Positions 40,901 to 54,285 of a stretch of DNA of 64,000 nt are shown one piece after another; positions within the stretch are counted from its first letter, which is position 1; each line of letters starts with the position of its first letter. The stretch covers positions 147,257,741 through 147,321,740 of the forward strand of contig CM041465.1 in NCBI GenBank assembly GCA_023213395.1, given 5' to 3'. This DNA comes from Cycas panzhihuaensis (Eukaryota > Plantae > Cycadophyta). The position numbers and the translations under genes were made by a program. Under the pieces are notes generated by a model that searched no databases, was not told the DNA's origin, and was given only the letters and a program-made list of their open reading frames with translations.

Positions 40901-41959
40901 AAACTTTCTCTTATTAATTTATCTTTACCAAAAGCTAAAGTTTATTTACTCTCTCCTCGAACTATCTCATGGTCTATAGATAAGAACTTGTATGATTCTC
41001 AAACTTTCACTTATAAATCACATTCTATTTCCTCCAAACAAGTTATTAGTTATATCCTTCTCATATAATCATTAAGAACTACCTCATCTAGCTCTCTTCC
41101 TCTCATACAATCATGCATACACGCTTTACCTTTCTCACTAAATATTTAGAACCCACTATAGGTCTCTCATAATCTTTTTTTATCTAATTTAACTTATCTT
41201 ATATCACTCCCATAGTGTAACCTTTGGAAATGACACTCTTGGTTCTACCAAGCTTAGTTAACCCTATTCCTATTCCCTTTTTATAAACAACTTTGTTTTC
41301 TTTTTCTTTTACTCCACAAGATCAAAGAATGAATGTAAATACTAATATTTAGCCTAGAATCTCACATAATTAAAATTTGGGAATCAATATTGATTACTTA
41401 AACAAGTGTTGTAATCAATATCAACTAATATTAATGTACTTACATAGATGTTATTATCATTTGGTACTTTGGAGACCCAAGCAAAACAAGTAATATGGGT
41501 AACCTAACCTATCTCATCAAATTCCATGGGGGCATCTACCATTTAATCTCTTTCTTATGTAAACCATTAATCCTATGTACAATCTTACCAACTCCTTCCA
41601 CCACAGTACTAAATTAGTCTTAGGTAATATTTAGAACCTCTTACAAAAGGTATTTCATAATATAAGATCCTTATATGTGGAAAAAAACTTTTATTTCCAC
41701 CATTGTAGTATTATCTCTATAATAAGTATAAATTATGACTAGTTGCATAATGAGCATAAGCTACAACTCTCTTTATAATTAGGATAACTATGGCTCTGAA
41801 AATTTAAAATACTAAAGAATATAAATAATAGTAAGACATATGCACACTCTAACACAAGTAAAATCTATCTCACAAGTATATAAATAAATTTAAAAGAAAA
41901 ACACACACACACACACATGTTTTAAAATAACTATTTTAGCAACCATATGGTAGCCACAC

Positions 41960-42245
41960 TCATATGAGTTGATATGAGCCTATACTCCTTTAAGTTAATA
42001 CTTATTTGAGTTAAACATGAGTCCGTGCCTCTTTAAGTAATTTGTTACACATATCTTCATGAAATTACATGGGCCCATACTCCTATGATTTAACTCTCAT
42101 TTAAGTTTAAAATAAGTTAGTGCTCCTCTAAGTAATTTATCGCACATATCCTCCTATTAACATAAGTATATATTACTCTAAGTCAACTCTTATTTAAGTT
42201 AAATATAAGTCAAAGCTCCTTTAAGTAATTCATCACATAAACCTA
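41960..42245. repeat. Degenerate tandem repeat, ~95 bp x3, inside H
   Basis: Recurring ..ttatttaagttaaa..taagt..gctcctttaagtaattt..cacatatc blocks near 42000, 42100 and 42190. Confidence 0.7.
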
Positions 42246-44201
42246 TTTTATAATGAATATAAATTGTGGCTCACATCACCATGAGTATAAACTAAGTGCC
42301 CCTGGACATATATTTTTCTTAAGCATAGAATTGCCTAAACTACTTAATTATGCCCTTCCCTCTCCACTCATACTCTATAGTATATATTTTGGTGATTTTG
42401 ATTCCCTTTATATATTATTTATGCATGGTATTATGCATGTTACTCATCTATATTACTTATATGCCATGCATACCACACATATTGCTCATATTAGTAATCA
42501 TAACTAAAGTTAGAAATTATAGCCTAATTGGCACATTCTTAATTTTCCTAAGGTTTAGCCTAATAATATAATACTTTGGTTGTGTTAAGCTTTGTGTTTT
42601 TTAAAATGAATACATAACTAGGTATCCATCTTAAAGCAGATTAATTTATTCTCATTTACACTCAAAGGCAACACTCATTTGGTGCTTTCATAATAAACTT
42701 GTCAATAATTCAATGGTGACTAGTTTTTAAGATTCATTTATTATTTATTAAATTGTAGAATTTATTTATCATATAAAAAATATTATAGACTAAAAAAATA
42801 TAGATCTTACGAATTCATCAATATTTCAACAAATTAATAGTGTCTAACTTATAAGTATCACATTTTTTTTTGTTGAATTACATACCCCTGATGAACTCAC
42901 ACATACATTGACATATTTGTAGGTTTAATAATGACCAGTTTATAAGTTTCACATTATTATTCATTAGAGTATAGACTTATTTAATCTCATATACATACAT
43001 ACATACATATATATATATATATCATCTTAACCAATAGGTTTAGTGGCAACTAGTCCATAAGCTTCACATTATCACCTCCTAAATTGTAGGTTTGATTGAT
43101 GTTCAGCAAAAAGAGATGTTAAGGTGTGAGATACTAAAATAACCATTCTTAGATGTTGTACCATTAGTTGATTTACACTATGACATAGAGATTTTACACT
43201 GCCCCATTGTTTCTTTTGCTACTTGATTTGTGTGTACTCTAATAGCCATTAGATTATATCTTCCAACTTGAGTCTCATATTATTATTACATTGTTGATGG
43301 CATTATTCATTCATGTAAACATGGAAATCTAAAGAAATTCTAGTCCATATGTAGCTACTTGGATTATTCAAGATAACACTTGTCATGTTATGTACAGTGT
43401 AAGGTTGTCCATTCTCAAACATACAACTAAGTTATTACTTACTCTTTTTCTTTTTTTACTTGTATTACATACCTCAAGAGTAAAATTTTAAGCAAATCTA
43501 TTAATTAAACTAATACTAGTATAATTCCTTTGACACAATCATAAATTGTAAAACGAAAGACTTTAGGTTTGATCCCTAGTATAAGATGCACTCATGTAGA
43601 TACTTGGCAAGATATAAAATATTAGCAATGTTGTTTGTATGGATATAGGATATGATATTAGTAATGTTTATTCTTTACTATGCAAGCTTGATAAAACTTA
43701 CTTGCCAAGGGGGGAAATGTTTTCTTGAATTTAGGCCTTTTGCCCTTACTCTTGGAATATTAGGTATGATTTCTCTCTCTTACATTAGGTATGCATAAGT
43801 TGCTTATCATTTATCTCATATTATATTTGAACATTTTTATTTACTTATCATTTTACCTTATATTATATTTTAACTGAGAATTTACTTGTGCTTAGTTGTG
43901 CATATTAAACCAACCACCTATCAATGATAAAAATAGGATTTATTCCTCTATAACTCATATTATGGAGATACAGCCTTAGAGGCTAAGTTAGCACCTACGA
44001 AAGTTACTATGATACCTTTATTCCATGGCAATTATTTCCTTTTACTTTGTTGTGCACTCTCTTTTAGCTACTTTGAGTGATCTTATGGAATTGACACAAG
44101 GCCATACTCCATTGTGTTAGCTCTCACTTGGGTTGAACATAAGTTAGTACCCCTCTAAGCATTTTATTTAGGTTAATAAGAGGGCATTTTACCACCTTAA
44201 T

Positions 44202-46167
44202 TGAAGGTTTTTAAAATGGAGACAGAGCTTGCTAGATATCAAAATAATCAATCTATTGTAGCATAAACACAAACATAATAATCTTTGTTTTCAATCCATT
44301 TTTGAGAGAGCATTACAAATATCAAAAAATAAAGGTGGTATTAAAAGACACCAAGGTTTATCACCCCAGTAAAGATATAGTTTGAGGGAGGAGTAAAACC
44401 TCCTCAACCTCTAAAATTTAAAATATAATAAAATAATGCTTAACTAAAGTAACTTTAACCCTACCTTACTTATCTTCATATGTGTGCACTCACATGTGTA
44501 AATAGTGGGAGTAGGGTGATGAATATTAACCCTAATATTCTCCCCCTTAATGGTCATCAGGAATATTTTTGTCTTCTCTTTAAACTTATGAAACTTGAAC
44601 TTGAAAAAAACTTTTTTTTTAAAATTAACTATTTATCCTTTAGGTTGATCATCATCAACTCACCTCATCCTTTCGATAATGTGTATCTCTTTAATATTAA
44701 GTGGTTTAAATGAAGTCCAAGTAGGTGTAGTTTGATTTGAATGAATATAAATGGTTGTAACTCTAATTATATCTCTTAGAACTTTAACTTTGTCTTCTGA
44801 AATCTTTGTTTTGTGAGTATGTCATATTATAAGGTTTCTCCCCTCAAATAAAGGATCACCTTCACGTGCAACAAGGTGGTCGTTCATTTGACTTGAATTC
44901 TCTTCCTTAGTCTTTTCGTCATAAATAACCTACTCAGACATCTGTCTCACATGCTCAACAACATTAATGTTAAATTCATTTATATTGAGGGTTTTTCCCC
45001 CATAAATAGAATCTAAGGTGTCCCATATGGATTTGGAGGTCATCATTTTACAAACTTTAGAAAAAACATTGCCATCTATAGTGCAAAATAATATAGTTAA
45101 GGCTTCACTATCTTTTTTTATGTCTTCTTTATTATTAAGGTCATATCCATCTTGTAGGTATCTCCAAAGATCATTTGTGATAAAGTAAGTTTACATTGTT
45201 TTATTCTATTGTGAAAAATCATGGCCATCAAATATAGGGAATCATATTTTATTTAGATTGATTACCATTTATATAGAAAACTTTTGTACATAATAAAAAA
45301 AATATGATTTTCAAGTAGACAAATCCTTAAATGATGTCAATACTAATGCAAGTAAATGATAAAGACATTCTAGAAAGAATGTAATCTAATATCAATAATT
45401 TACCAATGTTCATCACCCCACTCCCACCATTTATACATGTGAGTGCACACATGTGAAGGTTAGTAAGGTAATATTAAAGTTACTTTAGTTAAGTATTATT
45501 TTATTGTATTTAAAATTTTGGAGGTTGAAAGGGTTTCCCTCCTCTCTCAAACTATATCTTTACTGGGGTGATAAACCTTGATGTCTTTTGACACCACCTT
45601 CATTTTTGGATATTTGTAATACTCTCTCAAAGATGGATTGAATACAAAGATTATTATATTTATATGTTTATACTATAATAGATTGATTATTTTAATATCT
45701 ACTCTGCTCTGTCTCCATTTAAAAAACCTTCATTTGGTATTAAAGCTTTGATACCAAATGAGCGCAGAATCTAAGGTCTGATACTAAATGAAGGTTTTTA
45801 AAATAGAGACAGATCGAAGCAAATATCAAAATAATCAATCTATTATAGCATAAACACATAAACACAATAATCTTTATATTTAATCCATCTTTGAGAGAGT
45901 ATTACAAATGTCCAAAAATAAAGGTGGTGTCAAAGGATACTAGGATTTGTCACCACAGTAAAAATATAGTTTGAGGGAGAAGGGAAATCTCCTCAACTTC
46001 TAAAATTTAAAATATAATAAAATAATGTTTAACTAAAGTAACTTTAACCTTACCTTACTTACCTTCACATGTGTGCATTTTACTTTAACCCTACCTTACT
46101 TACCTTCACATGTGTGCACTCACATGTGTAAATGGTCGAAGTGGGGTGATGAACATTAACCTAAACA
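44202..46167 (-). mobile_element. Non-autonomous element G (E-related) with three LTRs, the middle one inverted
   Basis: Direct LTRs 44202-44537 and 45789-46167; perfect TSD ttaat (44197-44201 / 46168-46172); PPT (rc) 44538-44546; inverted LTR 45405-45732; PBS copies at 45735-45788. Confidence 0.93.
44540..45268 (-). pseudogene. Truncated gag-derived ORF of element G
   Basis: MVINLNKI*FPIFDGHDFSQ*NKTM*TYFITNDLWRYLQDG..SKSIWDTLDSIYG; collinear with the ORF of E. Confidence 0.72.
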
Positions 46168-49100
46168 TTAATTACTTGTTTTACATTTTTTTTACCTTGA
46201 GTTTGATACTCCAATATGTAGATCTCCCCAAGAACATATAAAACAAATGGTCATGGCTTGAAAGCAAATATTATATAAGGAAATTATGTCTATTTTAAAT
46301 TCTTGTCTTCTCCCATCCCTTAATTTTATGGATCTTTAGGTAGACTTGATAATTAAAAGTCATAAAATAGCACAATTCTTACCTATTAGTCTTTAAAGTT
46401 AACTTTAAGATAAGTTTGGAGATTTATTCTACCTACACACTCTTTATTTCACTATAAATATCTCCCATAACCTTAACATTCTGCTCATGAGGTTTGCTTG
46501 CTTATTTATGCTTAAGCAATACCCTTCACATATCCCTTGCTTACCTACACTTAAGTAAGGCATTGTCATATCTCTTTTGGCCATCATTATTGATCCATTT
46601 TTACCTATAGCTAGAGGATTTTTGTATGCCCCAACTATTTCCACCATAATTATGGAGGTTGTCATTCATTTCACTCATAAATATTTTATGTCCATTTGTT
46701 GTAGTATTGATTGTTATTGATACCGTACATCTCTCTGTCTTATCTTGTGACCATACCACGTCTCCTTCATATATTAACTAATATCATTTCAACTATATTG
46801 TAAATTTCCTTTAATACTACCATGACCACGTTGTGGATCCCTTACTGTTGTTCTTTAGTATCAATAATTCCATGCCACACATCTAATATTATTATCCTAC
46901 AATATTGTTCATATAATACTACATATTCTATACTCTATTTTTTCTCTCATACATGTTTATTTCATTTGTATGATTTTTTTTATCACTCTTATTTATTTCT
47001 TCTCTCACAATTATTTATTTGATTTTATATTACTCACTATCTCACATAAGTTTACTTTTTATATTTTCTTCTTACTTGGTTATCACCTTGAATGATTTTT
47101 AAGTTTCTATTAACCACACTCATATATAGCCTTATCCTTATCTTGAGGAAACCCTTCTTTCACTCTCATATATATTTTATTTAGGATTTCCCATGCTAAT
47201 GATTAATAAGCACTTAGTAGTAGTTCTCTTATGACATTATCTTGTTAGAAAGAGATTAGAAAGTAGAAAATATTTTAGCCATCACACTGGGGAATACATG
47301 TCAATGAAGATCCATCTTTGAGTAACAAACTAGGTAAGATCCTTTTATATATTTGGTTTCATTATTTTAGTAAAGGAAATAATGAGAAGAAACACATCAA
47401 TTTATTTTAGGGAAATACGCAAAGTAAATTAATATGATAAAAGAACTAAAAACCCTTACTAAAAGTTACAATTCACTATAGCATACATTTTAGTAACCTT
47501 ACACACACAAATACTTTCATTACATATAAGGACATTTGTTCCTTATGTAGTGAGATTTATTCCTCTCCTATAAGGTATATCTTGACTATAAGCATATCCT
47601 TAGATTAGAAGAATGAAGACCCTTACCCATTGAAATAAAATTTAACCAGGATTTATTCATATACTTGTGTGAATCTTTTATTGATAATTTACTTTACTTC
47701 TGGATTGATACTTTGTAATTTTTTTTTTAATATACTTTATTCATTTTAGCTTTTTGTATAATATCAAAACAACATTGATCTTTATGTCCATGTAGAGTGA
47801 GGCAAGAGTGTAACTTATTATTTGATATCAAGCAAGTTTCTTTCTTAATAAATCTAAGATAAGAGGATAAAAACATGGAAGTGTGGTGATCCTTTGGTAA
47901 GATTGTTGTTTTAACAATGTGTTTTTTTATAATGGCACACTATTAACAAGATGTATAATTTCATGTAATTCTCATGAGTTTCATTTCTTAGTTTTCGTCA
48001 TGTACAAAAGTTCTTAAAAGCCTAATTTGGTTTGTTATATTTTAAAGATAGATATGGAGTTCATAGGGGTGTTGTAGATCATTGTGCAAATTCTTTACAC
48101 ACTTTTTTAAAAGTTTTTCTTTGTTGGGCATTCAATTTTTGTTTCGAATTTTTAAAGAAGGAAGCATTATGTATGATTATTTCTCTACCCATTTCTCTTA
48201 TGTTTTACATATTCTAAAGTTGTGTATTAAATAAAAAATATTTGAGAATGTTGTAGAATAATTTTATAATTGCATTTGCTAATTTTCTTGAAGAAAAATT
48301 TAAGTGGGCTCTTGTTTTATGAATTGGACAACTATCATTAAAATAATATGTTGTTTAGGATATTGTTTACTCCTTTTTCACTAAAAATCTACATTTTAAA
48401 GTTGGGAATCAGCCCTAAACTATCTAAAAATGTTTCAAATTGATTTAGTAGCTTCATTTAATGATTTTTTTGAAGAAAAATGAGTTGTACAGTTACAAAA
48501 TGTTAGGCACTCTTTAAATCCCACATTGATGTTTGTTCAACTTGCAACACTTTATTTTCATTTATGTTTCATTAAATGGCTATCAAATTTAGTAGATAAT
48601 AGTCTTCTAATCATGTTTGTGGCTTTAGATTACTTCCTCAAGCTTTAAATTAATCAAATTAATTATTTTGAGATAAATCAATGGTGGTGGAGTGACAAGC
48701 ATGCTAAAAAATTGCAGGCCTTTAGTTCTTTTGTTTTTTTACTTTAGCTTATAAAGTTAAGTAAAATTAAAGTGTTCTTAATGAGTTTTGACATCCACCC
48801 CCTTTATTTCATTATCCCTTGATCTTTTAGCTCTCATGTGACTTAACTCTAAGATAGAAAAGGCCTTGACATTGTTTTCTTATTTTTTGATGCTTTTCCA
48901 ACTAACTAAAGGCTATGAATAGTTGTAAATAGTATTTTTGAAAATAAACTTCTTCATAAAGCACCTTATTTATGCTCTTTAAAGCCTTCTTTTATTTTAA
49001 AAAATATTAAAAGAATAAAAAAATCTAAAGATTTTTTAAAGATCTTTTTGCATGTTTCTTGTATTTTCTAGCTTTATATGTGGTGACCAACATAATTTCT

Positions 49101-49239
49101 CACTTTATTGGCTCCCTACATGGTGTCCATTATCAAATTTTAAATCCTTTTAATCTGAATACCTATATGGTGACCATGTTTTCATAATGGTGAGTGTAAA
49201 TATTTCTAAATTTTTATTACTTAATACACATAAGTTAAA

Positions 49240-52200
49240 TAGGAAGAATTACGTAATATGAAAATTTTAAGATTCCTACAATATTACCATTACAAAATTA
49301 ATTGAACTAGTTGATAGGTTAGAGAAAAGACCTAAAGGAAATGTTCTTGCTATAAGTTTTATGAAACTAATGGTGAGATGCTTATAATCATTAGCATGTC
49401 TATATGTAATGACTTAATTATGCATGTATAAGGGATGACTACAACCCATGGTGGATGGGTGATATTACAAGAGTTATACAAGTCTAAGAATGAGATTAGC
49501 ATTTTGTATCTAAGAAATCAATTATGCTTTCTTAGGATGTGGTCCTCCTTGTCTATAGCTTTGTATCTGTAAAAGGTAAAGAATATTAGAGACCAGGTGG
49601 TTGTTGTTGGAGAGGCCATTAATTATAAGGAATTAGTATTTATAACCCTAAATAGTTTCTATTAAGGGTTTCATGTGATTATAATAAGTATGAATCTAGG
49701 AGAGAGAACTCTATCATTGTATTTTAAGCATTTTTATAGGTTTTATTATATGAAGAGCAATGTTTGAGTGGATATAATAATCACGATGATGTGGCCCTTA
49801 AGATGAAAATTAAGGGCAAATGGATACCTAAATCCTACACATAGTACATGTCTCAATTTTAAAGTAGAGCACTAGGTAAAAATGATCTTAAGAAGCACTA
49901 CAACAATTAGCAACATGAACAACATCAATAATAACATGCATAAAAGTAATAACAACAACTACATGCATAACAAAAAAGATTGTCTTACTTTTATTGTGGA
50001 AAAGTTGGCCAGATAACTAAAAATAATTATAAGAAGGCATAAAATAAAGGTAAAAATAAGGTTAAAGGAAATTTAACTTTGAGGAAGTTAAAAAATAACA
50101 TACAATCTCCATGGCCGCTATGCTTGAAACTAGGCAGGAAGTAAGAACCTAATTAATTAATTCGAGAACAATCATGTATATTTCTTTTAAGAGGTAATGG
50201 TTTCAAGATTTAAACCATCATGATGGCATAATTTTATTAGGTGATAATAGTAAGCATAGAGTTACAAGACTTGTAAATATCCTAAAAACTAATGGTAGGC
50301 TTAACAAAATCTTTAATGCTCTGTATATATCCTTATTTAAAAATAATATATTATTTAGTAATCAAATATAGAAGCCGTGTTTAATGAGGACAATTATAAG
50401 ATTAAAGAAGGAGATGATATTATTGCTCAAGGGAGGTAAGAGAATGATTTATAAAAGTTTTCTCACATACTTAAGCATGGATTTATGAGTAAAGAAGTGA
50501 ATAACCACTTATGGCATGACTGATATGGTCACCTTAATTATCTTAACTTAAATTTCTAAATAGACTCAACATGGTGAGTAGCTTACCCCTTATACAAAAG
50601 GAGGATGAGGTTTGTAATATATGTGTATTAGGAAAATAACATAGGAAAAAGTTCATAGAGAATCACTCTAGAGCTAAGGAGAGGTTAGAGTTAATTCATA
50701 GTGATTTATATAAACTATTCTCCAAATAGTCCTTTAGAGGAGCATATTACTTAATGACTTTTATAAATGACTTTATGGGAAAGATATGAATTTATCTCCT
50801 TAAGTATAAGTCATAAGCATTTCATTTATTCAAGTAGTTTAAAGTAATGTGGATATCTTTCTTAGGTTTAAAAATTAAAACCTTAAGAAGTGATAGTAGT
50901 GGAAAGTATAAATCTGTTACATTCTTACAATTTTCCAAGGAAGAAGGAATCATAAGGTAGTTTACTATTACATATATACCATACCATAATGGAATTGAAG
51001 AGAGAGAATAGGGCTATTATAGAGATGGCTAGATGTATTATCAAAGCCAAAGATATTTCTCCTAGTTATTAGAGTGAAGCAGTCCCCATAGTAGTTTACC
51101 TCCAAAACAGATATTTCACCAAAGTAGTTAAGGATGTAATACATGAGGAAGAATGGACTAGATAAAAGCCATGTGTTAGTTACTTTAGATTTTTTTAGAG
51201 AATTTCATATGCTCATATTCCTGTAAAGAGAAGAAGTTAGATGACAAAAGTAGAAAATGTATACTTGTTAGATACATCTATGTATCTAAGGCTTACAAGT
51301 TAATAGACCTATCTAATAAGGAAATCATAATTAGTAGGGACGTCATCTTTGATTAACACAAAGATGATAAAGTTTAAGTTAAAATTAAAGATAAAAATAT
51401 AAGTACAAATATCAATATTAACATACCTAAATCTAGCTCAAGGGGACAAAGTGCAAGAACATAAAGTCTTATATCTCAAAGCTCACTACAGGGTAAAACT
51501 TTATAAGGGTCTTCACCTAATTTAACTAAGTGGTATAAGTAGATAATCAAAGACTCATGTATTAGGGAGATTAACATTAATTAGGTGGTGAAGACAAAGG
51601 TATAAAAAAGGTAAGAAATACACTGTGGCTTTATGTCTAATGTTTGAGCTCAAAAGAGACAAACTCCTTTGAAGAAGCAAAGGAGAAAGTTGAGTGGGAA
51701 AACATCATGGAAGAGAAGTATAACATCCATAATAAAAACTAATATATGGGACTTGGTTAAAATTCCCATTAGTAAAAGACTAATTGGATGTATATGAGTT
51801 TATAGATTTAAGTTTTTCTTAGATGGTTTCATAAGAAAGTACAAAGCTAAAGTTATCACTAAGACATATGCTCAAGTCAAAGGTATAAACTTTGAAGAAA
51901 CATTTACTCTAATAAGAAAGATGACTATGATTAGTATAGTAGAATAGTTTGGCTAGAAAATCCACCAAATAGATGTAAAAAGTGCTTTTCTAAATAACAT
52001 TCTAAAGTATGAGATCTATATGGATCAACCACAGGGATTTGGTCCATAGGCTAAAGAAAGCTTTACTTGGTATGCTTAAATCAATGAAGATTTCTTAATT
52101 CATGGTTTCATAGGCTATGAGTCAAATCACAATTTATATGTAAAGTTAGATGATGGACATGCACTTATAATTATGATTTATATTGATGATTTAATCATTA

Positions 52201-53420
52201 TTGGGAGTGACATCAAATAGATTAAAGATCTCAAAGAACACTTATTAAAAACAATTAAGATGACAGAGTTATGAATTCTACATTACTATCTTAAAATCAA
52301 GATATTACAAGAGCATGAAAGCATGTTCATATCATAATCTAAACATGCATGTAATTCATTGGAGACATTTCACATGGACAAGTTCAAATTGGTTGTTAAT
52401 CCCATATAAACAAGTATAAAGCTAATTAGGTAAACTAATGAAGAGAGCATAAATAAAACCTTATATAGATAGTTAGTGGACAGTTTGATCTATCTAACTA
52501 CCATGAGACCTAATATTAGTTATGATGTTAGCATGGCATCAAGATTTATGAGTAGTCCTTACATTTCATATTAGAAAGTTGCTAAACATATTCTGAGTTA
52601 AGTAAATAGGACTATTAGGATTGAGCTTGAGTTCTCCAAGTGTCTAGATTTTAGATTATAGGGGTATGTAAATTTAAATTGGGAAGGTGACAATGATGAT
52701 ATGAAGTGTATTTCTAGATATATCTTGATACTAGGATAGTTATCATTTCTTAAGATATATCATTATCATCGATAGAGGTAGAGTATAAAATAATAGTTAT
52801 AGATACTTATGAGGCAATTTGGCTGAGGGTGTTATAGTTATCACCACATTCAAATTTATTAGGAGGGTGTCATAGTTTTATTCTGTAATAACCACAATAC
52901 CATACAACTCTTAAAGAATCTAGTTTTTTATGCAATGATAAAGCGTATCAAGATCTATCAAAATTCCATTTGGAAATAGATATAAAATAATCTAGTATAG
53001 TTGGTATAATACCTAACTAAGGACTAGATTATAGATATATTGACTAAGGCACTAAGTAGGTAGAAGTTCAAGAAGTTTAGAGGAATTCTTAGGGTCAAAG
53101 ATAATAAAGTTAATATTATGGGGGAGTGTTAGGAATAATGTTAACTTTATAATTTTATGTTATTAAAGGTATTTTCTCACATATGTAAGAATGTAACTCC
53201 TTAGTTTAATATTATGTAACTCCCATATTATATTATAACTCATGTCTCTTTGTATCAATACTTTATACCCACCAATGAGATACATGTATAAGTATGAGAC
53301 ACTTTCTTCTATTATGTTAATGAGGATTTATCTAGGACTTGTTAGCATACTTATGTAAAGGTTTTATTAGTGTTTTTCTTTTCTTTTGCATTGTTACTCT
53401 GTAAAATTTTTCTCTTAATA
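49240..53420 (+). mobile_element. Heavily decayed Ty1/copia element J (gag-IN-RT-RH, PPT, 3' LTR; 5' LTR not found)
   Basis: Knuckle YFYCGKVGQITKN ~49990; LWHD*YGHLNY ~50510; LELIHSDL ~50685; LRSDSSGKY ~50885; IHQIDVKSAFLN ~51960; YIDD ~52180; TTMRPNISY ~52500; PPT gggggag 53120-53126; LTR from tgttagg 53127 to ~53420. Confidence 0.85.
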
Positions 53421-54163
53421 TGCTTTGTTCATTTTAGTTTTTTATGAAGGTACCTCTTGCCAAGAAAAAGAGAATAATAAGAGTTGTAATGGAAAATAAT
53501 AATACAACATCTATCATTTCTTATCAACTAGAAGTTTAGGTCATATACTCTAAATACACCATAATCTTAGGGTTAGATGCCCTAGAGATAAAAGCATATA
53601 GAGCTTATCAACCACTTAAAATAGAGTAATATGCTTAGAACTCAAGAGTTATAGGTAACTTTACTAAAGTTCCTCAAATAAAGGAAGGAGAAACACATCA
53701 ATAATCTAAAGAAAATAGTCAAGGTACTTATGAATAGAGGGATGATATCCCTCAAAATAATCAAGAGGAAGAATCAAGGCCAATAGTTGCTCTAGAGTCA
53801 AAGATTAATAAGGAAGGGTGATGACTAGCCTATCAACACTCAAAAGAATGCTAAACTCCATCAAGATGAAATGGTATCAATTCATAATCCTAATAATATT
53901 AAACATAATCCTTTTAAAGGTATACCCTCTAGGATAATTAGAGGAGGAAGAACATCCATAGATAAGGAATCAACAACATTTGTAGATGACCAATGTTCAC
54001 TATGGATCCCTAGGTACAACAAAAATAGGAAACTAGGCTGCAAGGAGGGTCACATAAAAAAGTGATAAGTGGTGAGGTGCCTATTAGTAACTTCTATAAA
54101 TAGAAGCTAGAAGAGAAATTCATTCATCTAATATGGGTGCAAGCTTAAGGACAAATACAGAAA

Positions 54164-54285
54164 GAGGACTTATCCTCAAAAGATCAATCTCCTTTAAAAG
54201 TTATCAACTCCCATCTTAGGGAAAAATATAGAGAGAGGACTTATCCTTAAAAGATCAAACTCCTTTAGAAGTTGTTAACTCCCAT
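54164..54285. repeat. Short direct repeat (~50 bp, period ~71)
   Basis: gaggacttatcct.aaaagatcaa.ctccttta.aagtt.t.aactcccat occurs twice. Confidence 0.8.

Larger units (their letters stand above)
38579..47637 (+). mobile_element. Old long-LTR element H without recognisable coding region (LARD-like, gypsy Tat/Ogre-type signals)
   Basis: Two diverged ~2 kb direct repeats, 38579-40607 and 43718-47637 (the latter containing G), starting tgttt and ending aaata; PBS-like tggcaaccatgctagga at 40611; PPT aaggggggaaa 43707-43717; TSD not recognisable. Confidence 0.7.

Noticed and set aside
41960-42245. CRISPR-like appearance of repeated blocks
   Set aside because: Degenerate contiguous tandem units without unique spacers, in a eukaryotic context with no cas genes.
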